Program-made: the position numbers and the translations under genes
NCBI GenBank assembly: GCA_022822135.1
Contig: JAJECH010000062.1
Coordinates: 18,498 to 82,497, forward strand
DNA length: 64,000 bases
Reading direction: 5' to 3'
Origin: Pseudomonadales bacterium
Lineage (GTDB): Bacteria > Pseudomonadota > Gammaproteobacteria > Pseudomonadales > Azotimanducaceae
Part shown: positions 50,349-60,751 of the stretch, piece after piece
Layout: the number at the start of each line of letters is the position of its first letter
Numbering within the stretch: the first letter of the stretch is position 1
The notes under the pieces: generated by a model
Database searches by the model: none
Seen by the model: only the letters and a program-made list of their open reading frames with translations
Told to the model about the DNA's origin: nothing

Positions 50349-50390
50349 CCTAGTCACCAAAATCGATTAGAACCACAACAAGGAGAGTCA

Positions 50391-51566
50391 ATGCCGACGC
50401 CGCCTTTCAATTGGGCCGACCCTTTCAATCTCGATGAACAGCTTTCCGAAGAAGAGCGCACGGTGCGTGATTCTGTGCATGAATTCGCTCAAGATCGCTT
50501 AATGACGCGTGTTATCGAAGCTAATCGGAAGGAGTACTTCGATCGCGAGATCATGAATGAGATGGGGGAGATCGGGATTCTTGGATCGACACTGTCAGAG
50601 AAATACGGTTGCGCTAATCTGAGTTACGTCTGTTACGGACTAGCCGCACGCGAGGTAGAGCGTGTGGATTCCGGTTATCGCTCAGCAATGAGCGTGCAGT
50701 CGTCGCTGGTAATGCATCCGATAAATGAATACGGAACGGAAGAGCAACGACAGCGTTATCTACCTAAATTGGCGAGCGGTGAATGGGTAGGTTGTTTTGG
50801 CTTAACGGAACCGGATCACGGTTCCGATCCCGGAGGCATGAAAACGGTCGCGATTGACGCCGGCGACAACTACGTGCTCAATGGCTCGAAGACTTGGATT
50901 ACAAATGCGCCGATCGCCGATGTCGCCGTTATTTGGGCGAAACTGGACGGTGATATTCGGGGTTTTGTCGTCGAACGCGGCACGGATGGATTCTCAACGC
51001 CGCGAATCGAAGGCAAAATGAGTCTACGGAGTTCCGTCACGGGACAGATCGTTCTCGAAGACGTTCACGTGCCAAAAGACGCGATATTCCCAACGGTTCG
51101 CGGATTAGCGGGACCTTTTGGTTGCTTGAACCGTGCACGGTACGGCATTGCGTGGGGATCGATGGGTGCGGCAGAGTTTTGCTTGCAAGCAGCTCGCCAA
51201 TACACGCTCGATCGTACGCAGTTCGGTCGTCCGCTCGCAGCCAATCAACTCATCCAGAAAAAACTTGCTGATATGCAAACTGATATTGCGCTTGGACTAC
51301 AGGGAGCGTTACGAATCGGGCGCCTCATGGACGAGGGAAACTGTCCAGTAGAAGCAATTTCCATTATGAAACGCAATAATTGCGGAAAAGCGTTAGATGC
51401 AGCGCGCGTCGCTCGCGATATGCATGGTGGTAACGGAATTTCGGATGAATATCACGTGATTCGGCATGTAATGAATCTTGAGACCGTAAACACCTATGAA
51501 GGTACTCATGACATTCATGCACTGATTTTGGGGCGGGCGATCACGGGCATTCAAGCCTTTCAATAG
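50391..51566 (+). CDS. gcdH: Glutaryl-CoA dehydrogenase-type acyl-CoA dehydrogenase
   Basis: It has the acyl-CoA dehydrogenase fold ([20 protein letters not shown]). The C-terminal [14 protein letters not shown] motif is typical of GCDH. Confidence 0.85.
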   Translation: MPTPPFNWADPFNLDEQLSEEERTVRDSVHEFAQDRLMTRVIEANRKEYFDREIMNEMGEIGILGSTLSEKYGCANLSYVCYGLAAREVERVDSGYRSAMSVQSSLVMHPINEYGTEEQRQRYLPKLASGEWVGCFGLTEPDHGSDPGGMKTVAIDAGDNYVLNGSKTWITNAPIADVAVIWAKLDGDIRGFVVERGTDGFSTPRIEGKMSLRSSVTGQIVLEDVHVPKDAIFPTVRGLAGPFGCLNRARYGIAWGSMGAAEFCLQAARQYTLDRTQFGRPLAANQLIQKKLADMQTDIALGLQGALRIGRLMDEGNCPVEAISIMKRNNCGKALDAARVARDMHGGNGISDEYHVIRHVMNLETVNTYEGTHDIHALILGRAITGIQAFQ

Positions 51567-51574
51567 GCATCCCG

Positions 51575-53410
51575 ATGGTCGCGGAATCATCTGATCAGAG
51601 CTTCGACCATGAAGCTATGCTTCGGTCGCTGCCGACCAAATGTGGGGTATACCGGATGCTCGATGCAAACGGTAAAGTACTCTACGTCGGTAAAGCACGA
51701 AATTTAAAAGCGCGCGTTTCCAGCTACTTCCGCTCGGGTGGCTTGGCTTCAAAGACCATCGCATTAATGAATAAGACGTGCGATGTCCAGGTCACGGCGT
51801 TACAGAGCGAAGTAGAGGCGCTGATTCTCGAACAGACGTTCATCAAGAGCGAGCGGCCGCCTTACAACGTCATTCTGCGCGACGATAAGTCCTATCCATT
51901 TATTCTGTTTAGTGACCACGACTATCCACGCATCAGTCTGCATCGGGGTGCGAAGCGTCACAAAGGGAAGTACTTTGGACCGTATCCCAGTGCAAAAGCG
52001 ACTCGCGACACCATTCAGATTCTTCAGAAACTGTTTAGGCTGCGTACTTGCGATGACACGTTCTTTAAAAATCGAACCCGACCGTGTCTGCAGTACCAGA
52101 TCGGACGTTGTAGTGGTTCTTGCGTCATGGACGTGGATAAGAAGGAATACGACGCCGATCTGCGTCTTGCGGAAATGTTCTTACGCGGCAAGAGTGAGGA
52201 TCTTCTCAACGAATTCAAGCATGAGATGAACGAAGCGTCGGCTCTTCTCGAGTTTGAAAAGGCCGCTAAGTTGCGCGATCAGATCACGGACCTGGTTCGT
52301 GTGCAGCAATCCCAATACGTGGAGACGAGTACGGGAAGCGCGGATGTCTTTGGGATTGCAAGCAGTGGTCGATATGTTTGTGTTCAGGGGATCTTCATCC
52401 GAGACGGTCGGATGCTTGGTCACCGTACTTGGTACCCACGTAATGAGCTCGGTCAGGACGACCACGAAATGCTTGCCGCGTTTCTTGCACAGTATTACTT
52501 TGGCGGCGTGACGCGAGATCTACCACGAGAAGTGCTGACTTCGATTCCGATCAGTGACGAAGAAACTTTGGAAGAAGCGCTTACAGACCTGGCGCAGCAT
52601 CGCGTGGTAGTAAGTTCGCACGGTATCACACAACGCGCCCGATGGCTAAAGCTCATTCGCGAGAACAGCGAGCTTGCGCTAAGTTCGTATATGGCGAAGC
52701 GAAAGAACGTTTTTGAACGATATGCAGAACTACAGGACGTGTTGGAGTTGGATGAAGTCCCACAACGAATGGAGTGCTTTGACATAAGCCACTCGCAAGG
52801 TGAAGCGACGGTTGCTTCTTGTGTGGTATTCGACAGTGAAGGTCCGGTGTCCTCCGACTATCGGCGTTTTAACATCAAATCTTCTGTCGGCGGAGACGAC
52901 TATGCAGCGATGGCTGAAGCGGTTGAACGGCATTACACTCGACTGAAATCGAATGAGGCGAATCTACCGGATATCTTGTTAATCGACGGTGGCCGTGGTC
53001 AACTCAATCGTGTACTCGAGGTCTTGTCGGAGTTACAGATTGATTCGATCCTGGTCTTGGGAATATCGAAGGGTGAAGGGCGCCGCCCAGAGTACGATAC
53101 AGTGTGGGTGGACGGCAAAACCCGCCTAGAACTAGCGCCAAACAGCGCGGCACTACATCTTCTGCAGCAATTACGGGACGAGGCTCACCGTTTTGCAATC
53201 ACTGGTCACCGAAATCGGCGACAGAAGCAAAGGCGTCGATCGGAGATCGACGAGATTGAAGGCGTGGGTCCAAAACGGAAGCGTGAACTGCTGACCCATT
53301 TTGGATCGGTTGCAGCGATAAAAGGAGCCTCTGCCGAAGAACTGGAGAAGGTTCCGGGAATTAGTACGAAGTTAGCTCAAGAGATTTACGGCGTCTTCCA
53401 CGACGGCTAG
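51575..53410 (+). CDS. uvrC: Excinuclease ABC subunit C
   Basis: A GIY-YIG domain (GVYRMLDANGKVLYVGKARNLKARV), a UVR domain, an endonuclease V domain and a C-terminal HhH domain are present. Confidence 0.95.
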   Translation: MVAESSDQSFDHEAMLRSLPTKCGVYRMLDANGKVLYVGKARNLKARVSSYFRSGGLASKTIALMNKTCDVQVTALQSEVEALILEQTFIKSERPPYNVILRDDKSYPFILFSDHDYPRISLHRGAKRHKGKYFGPYPSAKATRDTIQILQKLFRLRTCDDTFFKNRTRPCLQYQIGRCSGSCVMDVDKKEYDADLRLAEMFLRGKSEDLLNEFKHEMNEASALLEFEKAAKLRDQITDLVRVQQSQYVETSTGSADVFGIASSGRYVCVQGIFIRDGRMLGHRTWYPRNELGQDDHEMLAAFLAQYYFGGVTRDLPREVLTSIPISDEETLEEALTDLAQHRVVVSSHGITQRARWLKLIRENSELALSSYMAKRKNVFERYAELQDVLELDEVPQRMECFDISHSQGEATVASCVVFDSEGPVSSDYRRFNIKSSVGGDDYAAMAEAVERHYTRLKSNEANLPDILLIDGGRGQLNRVLEVLSELQIDSILVLGISKGEGRRPEYDTVWVDGKTRLELAPNSAALHLLQQLRDEAHRFAITGHRNRRQKQRRRSEIDEIEGVGPKRKRELLTHFGSVAAIKGASAEELEKVPGISTKLAQEIYGVFHDG

Positions 53411-53505
53411 TGGTACCGCAAATTCTTTTGACGGTAGGGACCCGTTAGTCGCAAAACTCCACTGCACTTAGTCGAATCTTGGATTTGTCGGCGCTTTAGA
53501 CCCAC

Positions 53506-54177
53506 TCACAAGCAATTAATGCTGGTGTAGAACCCCTTTTCTTCAGCACTGCGTTTTGCTTTCTCGCATTTTGCAACATTTCCGGTTGTTTTCACACCGT
53601 CCAGAATTCGTTTCTCACTACCGCTTGCAACGCCACGTGCGATAAATATCCCCGAACTAAACCCGCCCGTTCCGCCGACATAACCCTGATTGTTCTCCAT
53701 TGGCTCGTGTGAGAAATCAATGAATCCATCCAGTACCGTAAAGCCACCTAGGACATGTTTCTTTGGACGAGTCGATGAATCTAAATTCAAGACTGCGATG
53801 CGTAACTTACGACCTGCTTTCGATCCTTCTTTGAATGCCACAGCATCTTCGTTGATACAGACTCTCGCAGATTCAATGCCACTTAGAGCGAGATCAAACC
53901 CGTTTTGCCCAGTGCAGTATTCGGCGTTTCCTTCCTTATGACCGATTAAATAAGCCTGACGGTCAAAGACGATAGATTGCTGATTACATGTTCGTTCGTA
54001 TTCGTTGGCGGCTCTTGGCGATATACCTCTTAACCCGTCTCTTACGCCCTTCCCGTGCCAGCTATGTGGATCGCAGTTTACGCTCGTGAGTTGGGAACAA
54101 GAAACAACCGCGAAAAGTACTGGTACGATCGCAATGAAGCGGATTAGGATGTTGATTTTCGACAGATTTTTACTCAT
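53506..54177 (-). CDS. Lipoprotein with a DUF2799-like N-terminal domain
   Basis: A lipobox is present (LFAVVSC). The Cys/Trp/Gly repeat pattern (CDPHSWHGKGVRDGLRG...YLIGHKEGNAEYC) resembles DUF2799. The ATG at 54177 is preferred over 54204. Confidence 0.65.
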   Translation of the reverse strand: MSKNLSKINILIRFIAIVPVLFAVVSCSQLTSVNCDPHSWHGKGVRDGLRGISPRAANEYERTCNQQSIVFDRQAYLIGHKEGNAEYCTGQNGFDLALSGIESARVCINEDAVAFKEGSKAGRKLRIAVLNLDSSTRPKKHVLGGFTVLDGFIDFSHEPMENNQGYVGGTGGFSSGIFIARGVASGSEKRILDGVKTTGNVAKCEKAKRSAEEKGFYTSINCL

Positions 54178-54755
54178 CGTTGTGGCTATTGCCGCGATAC
54201 TCACATTTCACGATTCTAAGCAGGACAACATAAACTCCAACGAATTCTCACCCACTTAAAGAAGAAATGTTGATCACCAATTCTCGTCCTAGCAATTCGC
54301 GTTGTATCGACGTAGGATTTCGCAAGTGCCGACGCTCTAAGAAACGAAAACAGTTTTGAACTCAATATTCCGAATGAGCGGAAAGGGTTCATTTGCCATA
54401 GTATTGACTACTAGCGTCAGTACAAATAAACGTGACGGCGAGCGTTCCGATTGACAGCGGAACACGTCAATGTGCGCGGTTAGATGGATTGACATCGAAA
54501 TTCAGCTCGGAGTGTTCACAGTGAGTGCGAAGCGAGGCGAATCGTTTTGGTAGTCCAGGTTGTCTTATTCGGTGACGAAATTGGCGAATTCATATGGAGT
54601 CGGACGGAATCGAAGAATTCGAACTCGAGAGTAACGACGAACCGATGTCTCAATACGACGTCGTAGGCTTACTAGGGGAGGTTCAGTGAAAAGACAGGTG
54701 GAAATTACCGGCGACGAGACTGCACTTGCTCTAAGGAATGACAAGGACTGCTACG

Positions 54756-55334
54756 ATGGCTAACTCCATCGCCAGTCACATTCCGAATGCGCTTACGCTC
54801 TTACGGATCGCTTGTATTCCCTTATTCGTACTCATCTATGTCTTAACTGAGGAGTGGCACTGGGTAGCGGGATTGTTGTTCGGATTCGCGGCAGCGACCG
54901 ACTGGCTTGATGGTTTCATCGCGCGTCGGTGGAACTTACACTCACGATTCGGCGCGTTTTTGGATCCTGTCGCTGACAAGCTAATCGTTATTACGGCACT
55001 TGTGCTACTTGTGGGTACGTACGCATCCATATGGATCACCCTTCCCGCCATTGTTATTTGTGCTCGAGAGCTGTTCGTATCCGCATTACGGGAGTGGATG
55101 GCGGAGATGAATCGGCGCTCGGTGGTTAACGTGACGTTGGTCGGCAAAGTTAAAACCGCGATTCAGATGTCCGCGATTTTCGTTTTGTTGTGTAACCCAG
55201 TCGATTTGGGGTTACCTCTTGTAATCGCAGGAGTTGCTCTGCTGTATGCGGCAACGTTCATGACGATTTGGTCGATGATCGTGTTGTTGAAGGCTGCGTG
55301 GCCCGATCTCACCCCTACGCGAGAAAAAGCGTAG
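54756..55334 (+). CDS. pgsA: CDP-diacylglycerol--glycerol-3-phosphate 3-phosphatidyltransferase
   Basis: The CDP-alcohol phosphotransferase motif DWLDGFIARR...GAFLDPVADK is present. I prefer the ATG at 54756 (AAGGA 8 nt upstream). Confidence 0.9.
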   Translation: MANSIASHIPNALTLLRIACIPLFVLIYVLTEEWHWVAGLLFGFAAATDWLDGFIARRWNLHSRFGAFLDPVADKLIVITALVLLVGTYASIWITLPAIVICARELFVSALREWMAEMNRRSVVNVTLVGKVKTAIQMSAIFVLLCNPVDLGLPLVIAGVALLYAATFMTIWSMIVLLKAAWPDLTPTREKA

Positions 55335-55382
55335 AAAGCACGTGTTTGCTATGATTGGCGCGCTTCAATTTTGCGGCAAGCG

Positions 55383-55456
55383 GGCTGGGTGGCAGAGTGG
55401 CCATGCTGCAGACTGCAACTCTGTTTACGCCGGTTCGATTCCGACCCCAGCCTCCA
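55383..55456 (+). tRNA. tRNA-Cys (GCA), 74 nt with encoded CCA
   Basis: I folded it by hand. The acceptor is GGCTGGG/CCCAGCC and the anticodon stem is GCAGA/TCTGT with loop CTGCAAC. The variable loop is 4 nt and the T-arm is GCCGG-TTCGATT-CCGAC with one C-A mismatch. It follows pgsA, as cysT does in E. coli. Confidence 0.88.
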
Positions 55457-55499
55457 TCTTTATTACCCGAGTAACCCTTCCTATCTACAGCTCGGTTGC

Positions 55500-55844
55500 A
55501 TGACGCAGCATGTCACTAGGTTGTTTGGGGTCACTGTTCATGGCGTACAGATTGATCAAAGGACCGGATGCGCACACTATCGATCGCCACTTGACGTTAT
55601 TGCAATTCGTCACCATTGTTGTGGCGAGTGGTACGCATGCATTGCGTGTCACAAAGAACTTGCAGGCCACGACGCATCGGTTTGGCCGCATACGGAGTTT
55701 GACTCATTAGCGATCATGTGCGGCGTATGCGGACACCAATCCACGATTCGAGCGTACTTAGGGTATCCCGATCAGTGCATTGCGTGTGGCGCGCAATTCA
55801 ACCCAGGTTGTAGAAATCACCACCACTTCTACTTTGACAAATAG
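55500..55844 (+). CDS. CHY-type zinc-finger protein
   Basis: The Cys/His pattern is CAHY...HHCCGEWYACIACH...CGVCGH...CIACG...GCRNHHH. The tracked ORF start at 55371 runs through tRNA-Cys and is rejected. Confidence 0.8.
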   Translation: MTQHVTRLFGVTVHGVQIDQRTGCAHYRSPLDVIAIRHHCCGEWYACIACHKELAGHDASVWPHTEFDSLAIMCGVCGHQSTIRAYLGYPDQCIACGAQFNPGCRNHHHFYFDK

Positions 55845-57894
55845 ACTCGCGATCGACATCGGTGGCACCTTCACCGATGTCGTACTTGAATGCGGCGACG
55901 ATCAGTTCACGCGGAAAGTACTGACCTCCCACGATCATCCAGCCGATGCGGTACTGCGAGGAATCCAAGAACTCTTCAATGAGCACGAGGTCACGCCGGA
56001 TTCGATCTCGTTAGTTCTGCACGGTACGACACTTGCGACCAACGCGATTATCGAACGGCGCGGCGCGAGAACTGCACTACTCACAACCGAAGGTCATCGC
56101 GACGTCCTGGCAATGGCGTTCGAAAATAGATTTGAACAGTACGACGTCAACATCGAACGTCCGGAACCTCTAATCCCGCGCTACTTGCGTATTCCAGTTT
56201 ATGAACGCATGAGCGCAGAAGGTGTCTCGTTACGGGCATTGGATATGGGTTCCGTAGATGTCGCGATTAAGACACTGCGACGTGAAAACGTTGAGAGCGT
56301 CGCAATCGGCTTTCTGCACTCGTATACCAATAGTGCGCACGAAGACGCTGTCGCGGAACAGGTGGCTGACGCACTACCTGATGTGGCGCTTAGTTTGTCT
56401 TCGCAAGTCTGTCCCGAAATCCGTGAATACGAACGTTTCTCCACAACGTGCGCCAACGCATATGTGTTGCCACTAATGTCTACCTACCTGCACGATCTTT
56501 CTGAGCGAATGGCTGCGATGGGAATTCGTTGTCCATTTCTCGTTATGACATCGAATGGCGGATTGACGACATTAGATACTGCCGTCAAGTTTCCGATTCG
56601 GTTGGTTGAATCCGGTCCAGCTGGGGGTGCTGTACTTGCAGCGTGGAAAGCGCGGGAGCTTGGCGTTACCAAAGCGCTTTCATTTGACATGGGAGGCACC
56701 ACGGCGAAGATCTGCATGATCGACGAGGGTACTCCGTTACGCTCACGTTCGTTTGAGGTCGATCGAAGGTACCGCTTCAAGAAAGGCAGTGGTTTGCCGG
56801 TGCGCATACCCGTCATCGAAATGGTTGAGATCGGTGCTGGGGGTGGGTCAATCGCCCAAGTCGATCAGTTAAAACGTATCCGAGTGGGACCCGAGAGCGC
56901 GGGATCCGATCCTGGCCCTGCCTGCTATGGTTTAGGTGGCGAACTACCTACGGTCACTGATGCGGACGCAATCATGGGTCGACTAGAAGCCGCGAATTTC
57001 GCTGGTGGACAAATGGTGCTTGATCTCGAGGCGAGCAATCTCGCGATTACGACCAACATTGTCGGTAACGAACATCAGAATCCACATGACGCGGCGCGTG
57101 CGATCGCTGAGGTGGTCGATGAAAACATGGCTTCGGCTGCGCGAGGACACGCAAGCGAATGGGGTAAAACTGTTGCCGAGCGTGTACTGATTGCGTACGG
57201 AGGCGCGGCGCCGATTCACGCGGCGAGGTTGCTAACTAAACTCAACTGCGACTACGCGCTGATTCCGGTCGGCGCGGGTGTGGGATCAGCACTTGGATTT
57301 CTGCGATCACCCATTGCATATGAGGTTGTTCACAGCAAATACATGCGCTTGTCGACCTACGATCGAAGTGTCGTTGAAGACGTGGTCGACACCATGCGCG
57401 CCGAAGCCGAAGCGGTGTTGACGGAAACCACTAGTGAGCTTGAAGTGCAGGTGGCTGCAACAGCGTACATGCGGTACGTAGGTCAAGGCTACGAAATCAG
57501 TGTACCGCTGGATTTAGAAGATTTGTCGATTGAAAAGTTGCGAACGAACTTTGAATTTTCGTACGAAGCACTTTATGGTCGACTCTTGCCAAAGTCAGAT
57601 ATTGAGGTTATGAGTTGGACACTGACGTTAGCGACGATCGCAAAGGAGCCAACCTTATTGGACGCAATCTCGGAGCTCACGTCGTACGACGCGATCAATA
57701 GGGAACAAGAACTGACCGAGTTCGATGAAGAAACGGTAGCTCAGTGCATCGACCGAGTGAATCTGAAACCAGGTCACCACGTGATAGGTCCTGCGTTAAT
57801 CAGTGAACGACACACCTCAACATTGATTCCGTCTGGATTCGAGATGATTGTCAATCGTGCGCATGACTTGATCCTGCGGCGTCACGCGTCATGA
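55834..57894 (+). CDS. hyuA: Hydantoinase A / oxoprolinase family protein (HyuA-like)
   Basis: The N-terminal LAIDIGGTFTDVV motif is present in an ASKHA-fold body. The TTG at 55834 gives the canonical N-terminus and overlaps the CHY stop. The tracked ORF starts at 55780. Confidence 0.85.
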   Translation: MTNRLAIDIGGTFTDVVLECGDDQFTRKVLTSHDHPADAVLRGIQELFNEHEVTPDSISLVLHGTTLATNAIIERRGARTALLTTEGHRDVLAMAFENRFEQYDVNIERPEPLIPRYLRIPVYERMSAEGVSLRALDMGSVDVAIKTLRRENVESVAIGFLHSYTNSAHEDAVAEQVADALPDVALSLSSQVCPEIREYERFSTTCANAYVLPLMSTYLHDLSERMAAMGIRCPFLVMTSNGGLTTLDTAVKFPIRLVESGPAGGAVLAAWKARELGVTKALSFDMGGTTAKICMIDEGTPLRSRSFEVDRRYRFKKGSGLPVRIPVIEMVEIGAGGGSIAQVDQLKRIRVGPESAGSDPGPACYGLGGELPTVTDADAIMGRLEAANFAGGQMVLDLEASNLAITTNIVGNEHQNPHDAARAIAEVVDENMASAARGHASEWGKTVAERVLIAYGGAAPIHAARLLTKLNCDYALIPVGAGVGSALGFLRSPIAYEVVHSKYMRLSTYDRSVVEDVVDTMRAEAEAVLTETTSELEVQVAATAYMRYVGQGYEISVPLDLEDLSIEKLRTNFEFSYEALYGRLLPKSDIEVMSWTLTLATIAKEPTLLDAISELTSYDAINREQELTEFDEETVAQCIDRVNLKPGHHVIGPALISERHTSTLIPSGFEMIVNRAHDLILRRHAS

Positions 57895-59546
57895 GCACAC
57901 TTACAGATCTTCAGCGTCAACTCGTCTGGGACAGGTTGCTGGCAGTTGTCGAAGAACAAGCTCAAACGCTCATGCGCACCGCGTTTTCGACGGTTGTACG
58001 TGAAGCGGGTGATCTCTCCGCAGGGGTGTTCGACACGCACGGTCGGATGATTGCGCAGGCCGTGACTGGAACACCGGGTCACGTAAACGCCATGGCGGCG
58101 TCTGTAGGTCACTTTCTTGAACGATTTCCAGTAGAGCGTATGCATCCCGATGACGTTCTGATGACGAACGATCCGTGGATGGCGACGGGGCACTTGAACG
58201 ACTTCACCGTCGTATCGCCTGTTTATTTCAAGGAAGAACCAGTGGCCTTATTCGCGTCAACCAGTCATATCGCGGATGTGGGTGGACGCGGTTTCGGACC
58301 GGATGCTAACGACGTCTTCGAAGAAGGTATCCGTTTCCCGGTAATGCATCTATTTAAAGCAGGGGAACGAAACGACGCATTGATGGAAATTCTTGCAGCG
58401 AATGTTCGAGATCCGGTCGTTGCAGAAGGAGACCTCTATTCGCTGGCGGCTTGTAACCATCATGGCAGCCTTCAGCTCGTAGACATGATGGATGAATTTG
58501 ACCTGGAATCGCTGGACGCGGTGGGTGAGGAGCTACTTCGCTTGTCGCAAGCAGCGGTCGAGAATGAGATCGAAGCTCTTGCTGACGGAGTTTACCGTCA
58601 AAGTATGCGAGTAGACGGATACGATGAACCAATCGATATCCAATGCGCTCTGACGATCGATGGTAAGTTGATCGATATTGATTTTGACGGGTCTTCGCCT
58701 ATCTCGAGATACGGTATCAATGTGCCGCTTACGTATGCTCAAGCCTATGCTTCGTTTGGTGTGCGATGCTTGATCGGGAACGAAGTGCCGAACAACGCGG
58801 GTTCATTGAAACCGATTTCAGTACGTGCGCCTGAAGGCTCAATTCTCAATGCCCAGCCTCCAGCGGCCGTGTCAGCTCGTCACGCGCTGGGTCAAATGCT
58901 GCCCGATGTCGTAATCGGCGCGCTTGCACAGGTTCTCGACAATGGCGTACCCGCTGAAGGTGCCTCATGCATTTGGAATCCGGTGCTGATGAATAGCAAT
59001 TTGCGTGACGGAAACGTGCCGGACGCAAATTTCGTCATCAATCCTATTTTCAATGGCGGTACGGGTGCACGTGCCGCAAAGGACGGACTGTCGACGACTG
59101 CTTTTCCGTCAGGCGTCCGCACCACGCCTACGGAGATCAATGAAGTCACGTCGCCATTGATATTCTGGAAGCGCGAGTTCAAACCAGACTCTGGTGGCGC
59201 CGGACGACTACGTGGCGGGTTAGGTCAGATCATTGAAATCGAGCATGCGCACGGTGCGGGCTTTTCGATTTCAAAGATGTTCGAGAGGGTCGTACACCCA
59301 GCTCAGGGTCGTGACGGCGGTCATGACGGCGCGCGTGGTCGTGTAGGGATTAAGGATGCGCAAGATTTTCGGGGCAAAGGAAAGGAAACGCTTCCGGCTG
59401 GCGCAACGTTGATTATGGAAACGCCTGGTGGCGCCGGTATTGGATCTCCACACGACCGGGATCCAGATCGCATTGAGGAAGACTTACGTGAAGGCGTGAT
59501 CTCGGCAAAGGCTGCCGAATCGATTTACCGAAGCGATCAAACGTGA
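57891..59546 (+). CDS. hyuB: Hydantoinase B / oxoprolinase family protein (HyuB-like)
   Basis: TAFSTVVREAGDLSAGVFD and NDPWMATGHLNDFTVVSP are present. The start overlaps the hyuA stop (ATGA). Confidence 0.9.
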   Translation: MSTLTDLQRQLVWDRLLAVVEEQAQTLMRTAFSTVVREAGDLSAGVFDTHGRMIAQAVTGTPGHVNAMAASVGHFLERFPVERMHPDDVLMTNDPWMATGHLNDFTVVSPVYFKEEPVALFASTSHIADVGGRGFGPDANDVFEEGIRFPVMHLFKAGERNDALMEILAANVRDPVVAEGDLYSLAACNHHGSLQLVDMMDEFDLESLDAVGEELLRLSQAAVENEIEALADGVYRQSMRVDGYDEPIDIQCALTIDGKLIDIDFDGSSPISRYGINVPLTYAQAYASFGVRCLIGNEVPNNAGSLKPISVRAPEGSILNAQPPAAVSARHALGQMLPDVVIGALAQVLDNGVPAEGASCIWNPVLMNSNLRDGNVPDANFVINPIFNGGTGARAAKDGLSTTAFPSGVRTTPTEINEVTSPLIFWKREFKPDSGGAGRLRGGLGQIIEIEHAHGAGFSISKMFERVVHPAQGRDGGHDGARGRVGIKDAQDFRGKGKETLPAGATLIMETPGGAGIGSPHDRDPDRIEEDLREGVISAKAAESIYRSDQT

Positions 59547-59550
59547 TGGC

Positions 59551-59564
59551 TGGTGCCCGGCGCC
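59551..59564. repeat. Partial direct repeat of the tRNA-Leu 3' end (candidate distal att site of a decayed islet)
   Basis: TGGTGCCCGGCGCC here compares with TGGTGCCCGAGGCC at 60752..60765. The first 9 nt are identical and 12 of 14 match. It lies immediately after the hyuB stop. Confidence 0.35.
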
Positions 59565-60008
59565 TAAACTGACAATTTCTTTAACTATTTGACAAACATT
59601 TTTTTAGGTGTCCAATTTCAGAAGACAACAGTTTGTACAACAAATATCCAAGGAAAAAGTTGGCAGGCACCAAATTCGTTCTCCGGTTAATCGGTTTCTG
59701 TTCGACCGTGCCGTGTATGCTGATACTCACGGAGTGTACCGCACGGCACATCCGAAATCTCACAATAAGGCGGTCAGCTGCAGGACCGGGATCGCCCCGT
59801 GGCGGTTTGTACCGATGAAACCAGTTCGCGAACCGAAATGATCCCGGTCAGTTCGACTTCGCCGAGTTCTATCGCGAAGCAGTCCTCTATTTCAAAGACA
59901 ACCTCCAACAACGCGTTGCCTCTCCGACGAGCAAGCCCATCCCGCGCCGAGTAGTTACGCAGTGCGAATTCATTGCCGCGATGTGTCGCACTCCGATACA
60001 ATTTCGGC

Positions 60009-60290
60009 GTGAGAATCCGCCACAAGGCGTTACGGCGATTCTGGACGACGGAAGGCAGAATCAGAACCGGGCTGGATGCCGCCATGCTGCCCCGAATCAG
60101 GCTTGTCCTCACCGTACTGTCGCAGTCGCCTGGACCGGAGGGCATGCGCGGCAATCCGGGATGGAGACTGCATCAGTTGAAGGGCGATCTGGCTGGATTC
60201 TGGAGCGTACGCATTACCAGTAACTGGCGGATCGTGTTTCGCTTCGAGAATGGCGAGGCTATAGATGTCGACCTCGTCGATTATCATTGA
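60009..60290 (+). CDS. higB: HigB-type (RelE superfamily) toxin, plasmid-maintenance killer family
   Basis: IRHKALRRFW...LHQLKGDLAGFWSVRITSNWRIVFRFENGEAIDVDLVDYH is present. The likely start is the GTG at 60009. The toxin-first gene order fits HigBA. Confidence 0.85.
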   Translation: MRIRHKALRRFWTTEGRIRTGLDAAMLPRIRLVLTVLSQSPGPEGMRGNPGWRLHQLKGDLAGFWSVRITSNWRIVFRFENGEAIDVDLVDYH

Positions 60291-60300
60291 GGCAACGACC

Positions 60301-60570
60301 ATGAGCAATCCAAACTTGCAACTTCCGGCGCATCCCGGCGAGGTCTTGCGCGAATGGATCAAGGGCAACGACAAGACCATCGCTGAAACCGCGGCGCTGC
60401 TCGGTGCGTCCACGTCTCAACTTAATAGGGTGCTTGCAGGAAAGGTGCGACTGTCGGCTACCCTTGCGGTGCGGCTGGAAAACCTGGGCTGGAGCACCGC
60501 AGAGGTATGGTCCCGTATGCAGGCCGCCTGGGAGGTCTCCGAAGCGCGCCGGGCCGAGGACGCAGCCTGA
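60301..60570 (+). CDS. higA: HigA-type antitoxin (XRE-family HTH)
   Basis: PAHPGEVLREWI...IAETAALLGASTSQLNRVLAGK is present. It starts at the ATG at 60301, 11 nt after the higB stop. Confidence 0.85.
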   Translation: MSNPNLQLPAHPGEVLREWIKGNDKTIAETAALLGASTSQLNRVLAGKVRLSATLAVRLENLGWSTAEVWSRMQAAWEVSEARRAEDAA

Positions 60571-60751
60571 GTTCGTGTGCCAGAAGTTCAATTTGTTTCG
60601 GCGCAAGAAGCAGCTCGTACCGGCCCGGGAACCGCAACCGATGGCGGTGGCCACCCGCGCGGTACCGCCAAGATGCGGTACGATCGGTCGAGGTGTTTAA
60701 ACCCTTTAAGCTGTTATTTCATCGGCTTTATTTACAAAGCGCGGGAGGGTA

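Noticed and set aside
55371-55499. The tracked ORF 55371..55844 carries an N-terminal extension that would add 43 aa to the CHY zinc-finger protein.
   Set aside because: The extension is read straight through the tRNA-Cys gene (55383..55456). The CHY domain starts at the internal ATG at 55500.
59774-60154. A minus-strand 126-aa ORF has a C-terminal part (…ALLEVVFEIEDCFAIELGEVELTGIISVRELVSSV) that vaguely resembles helices II-III of an acyl carrier protein.
   Set aside because: The Asp-Ser-Leu attachment motif is absent, there is no plausible start for the ACP-like part, and the N-terminal half is antisense to higB. At best it is a gene fragment inside the islet, so I do not call it.
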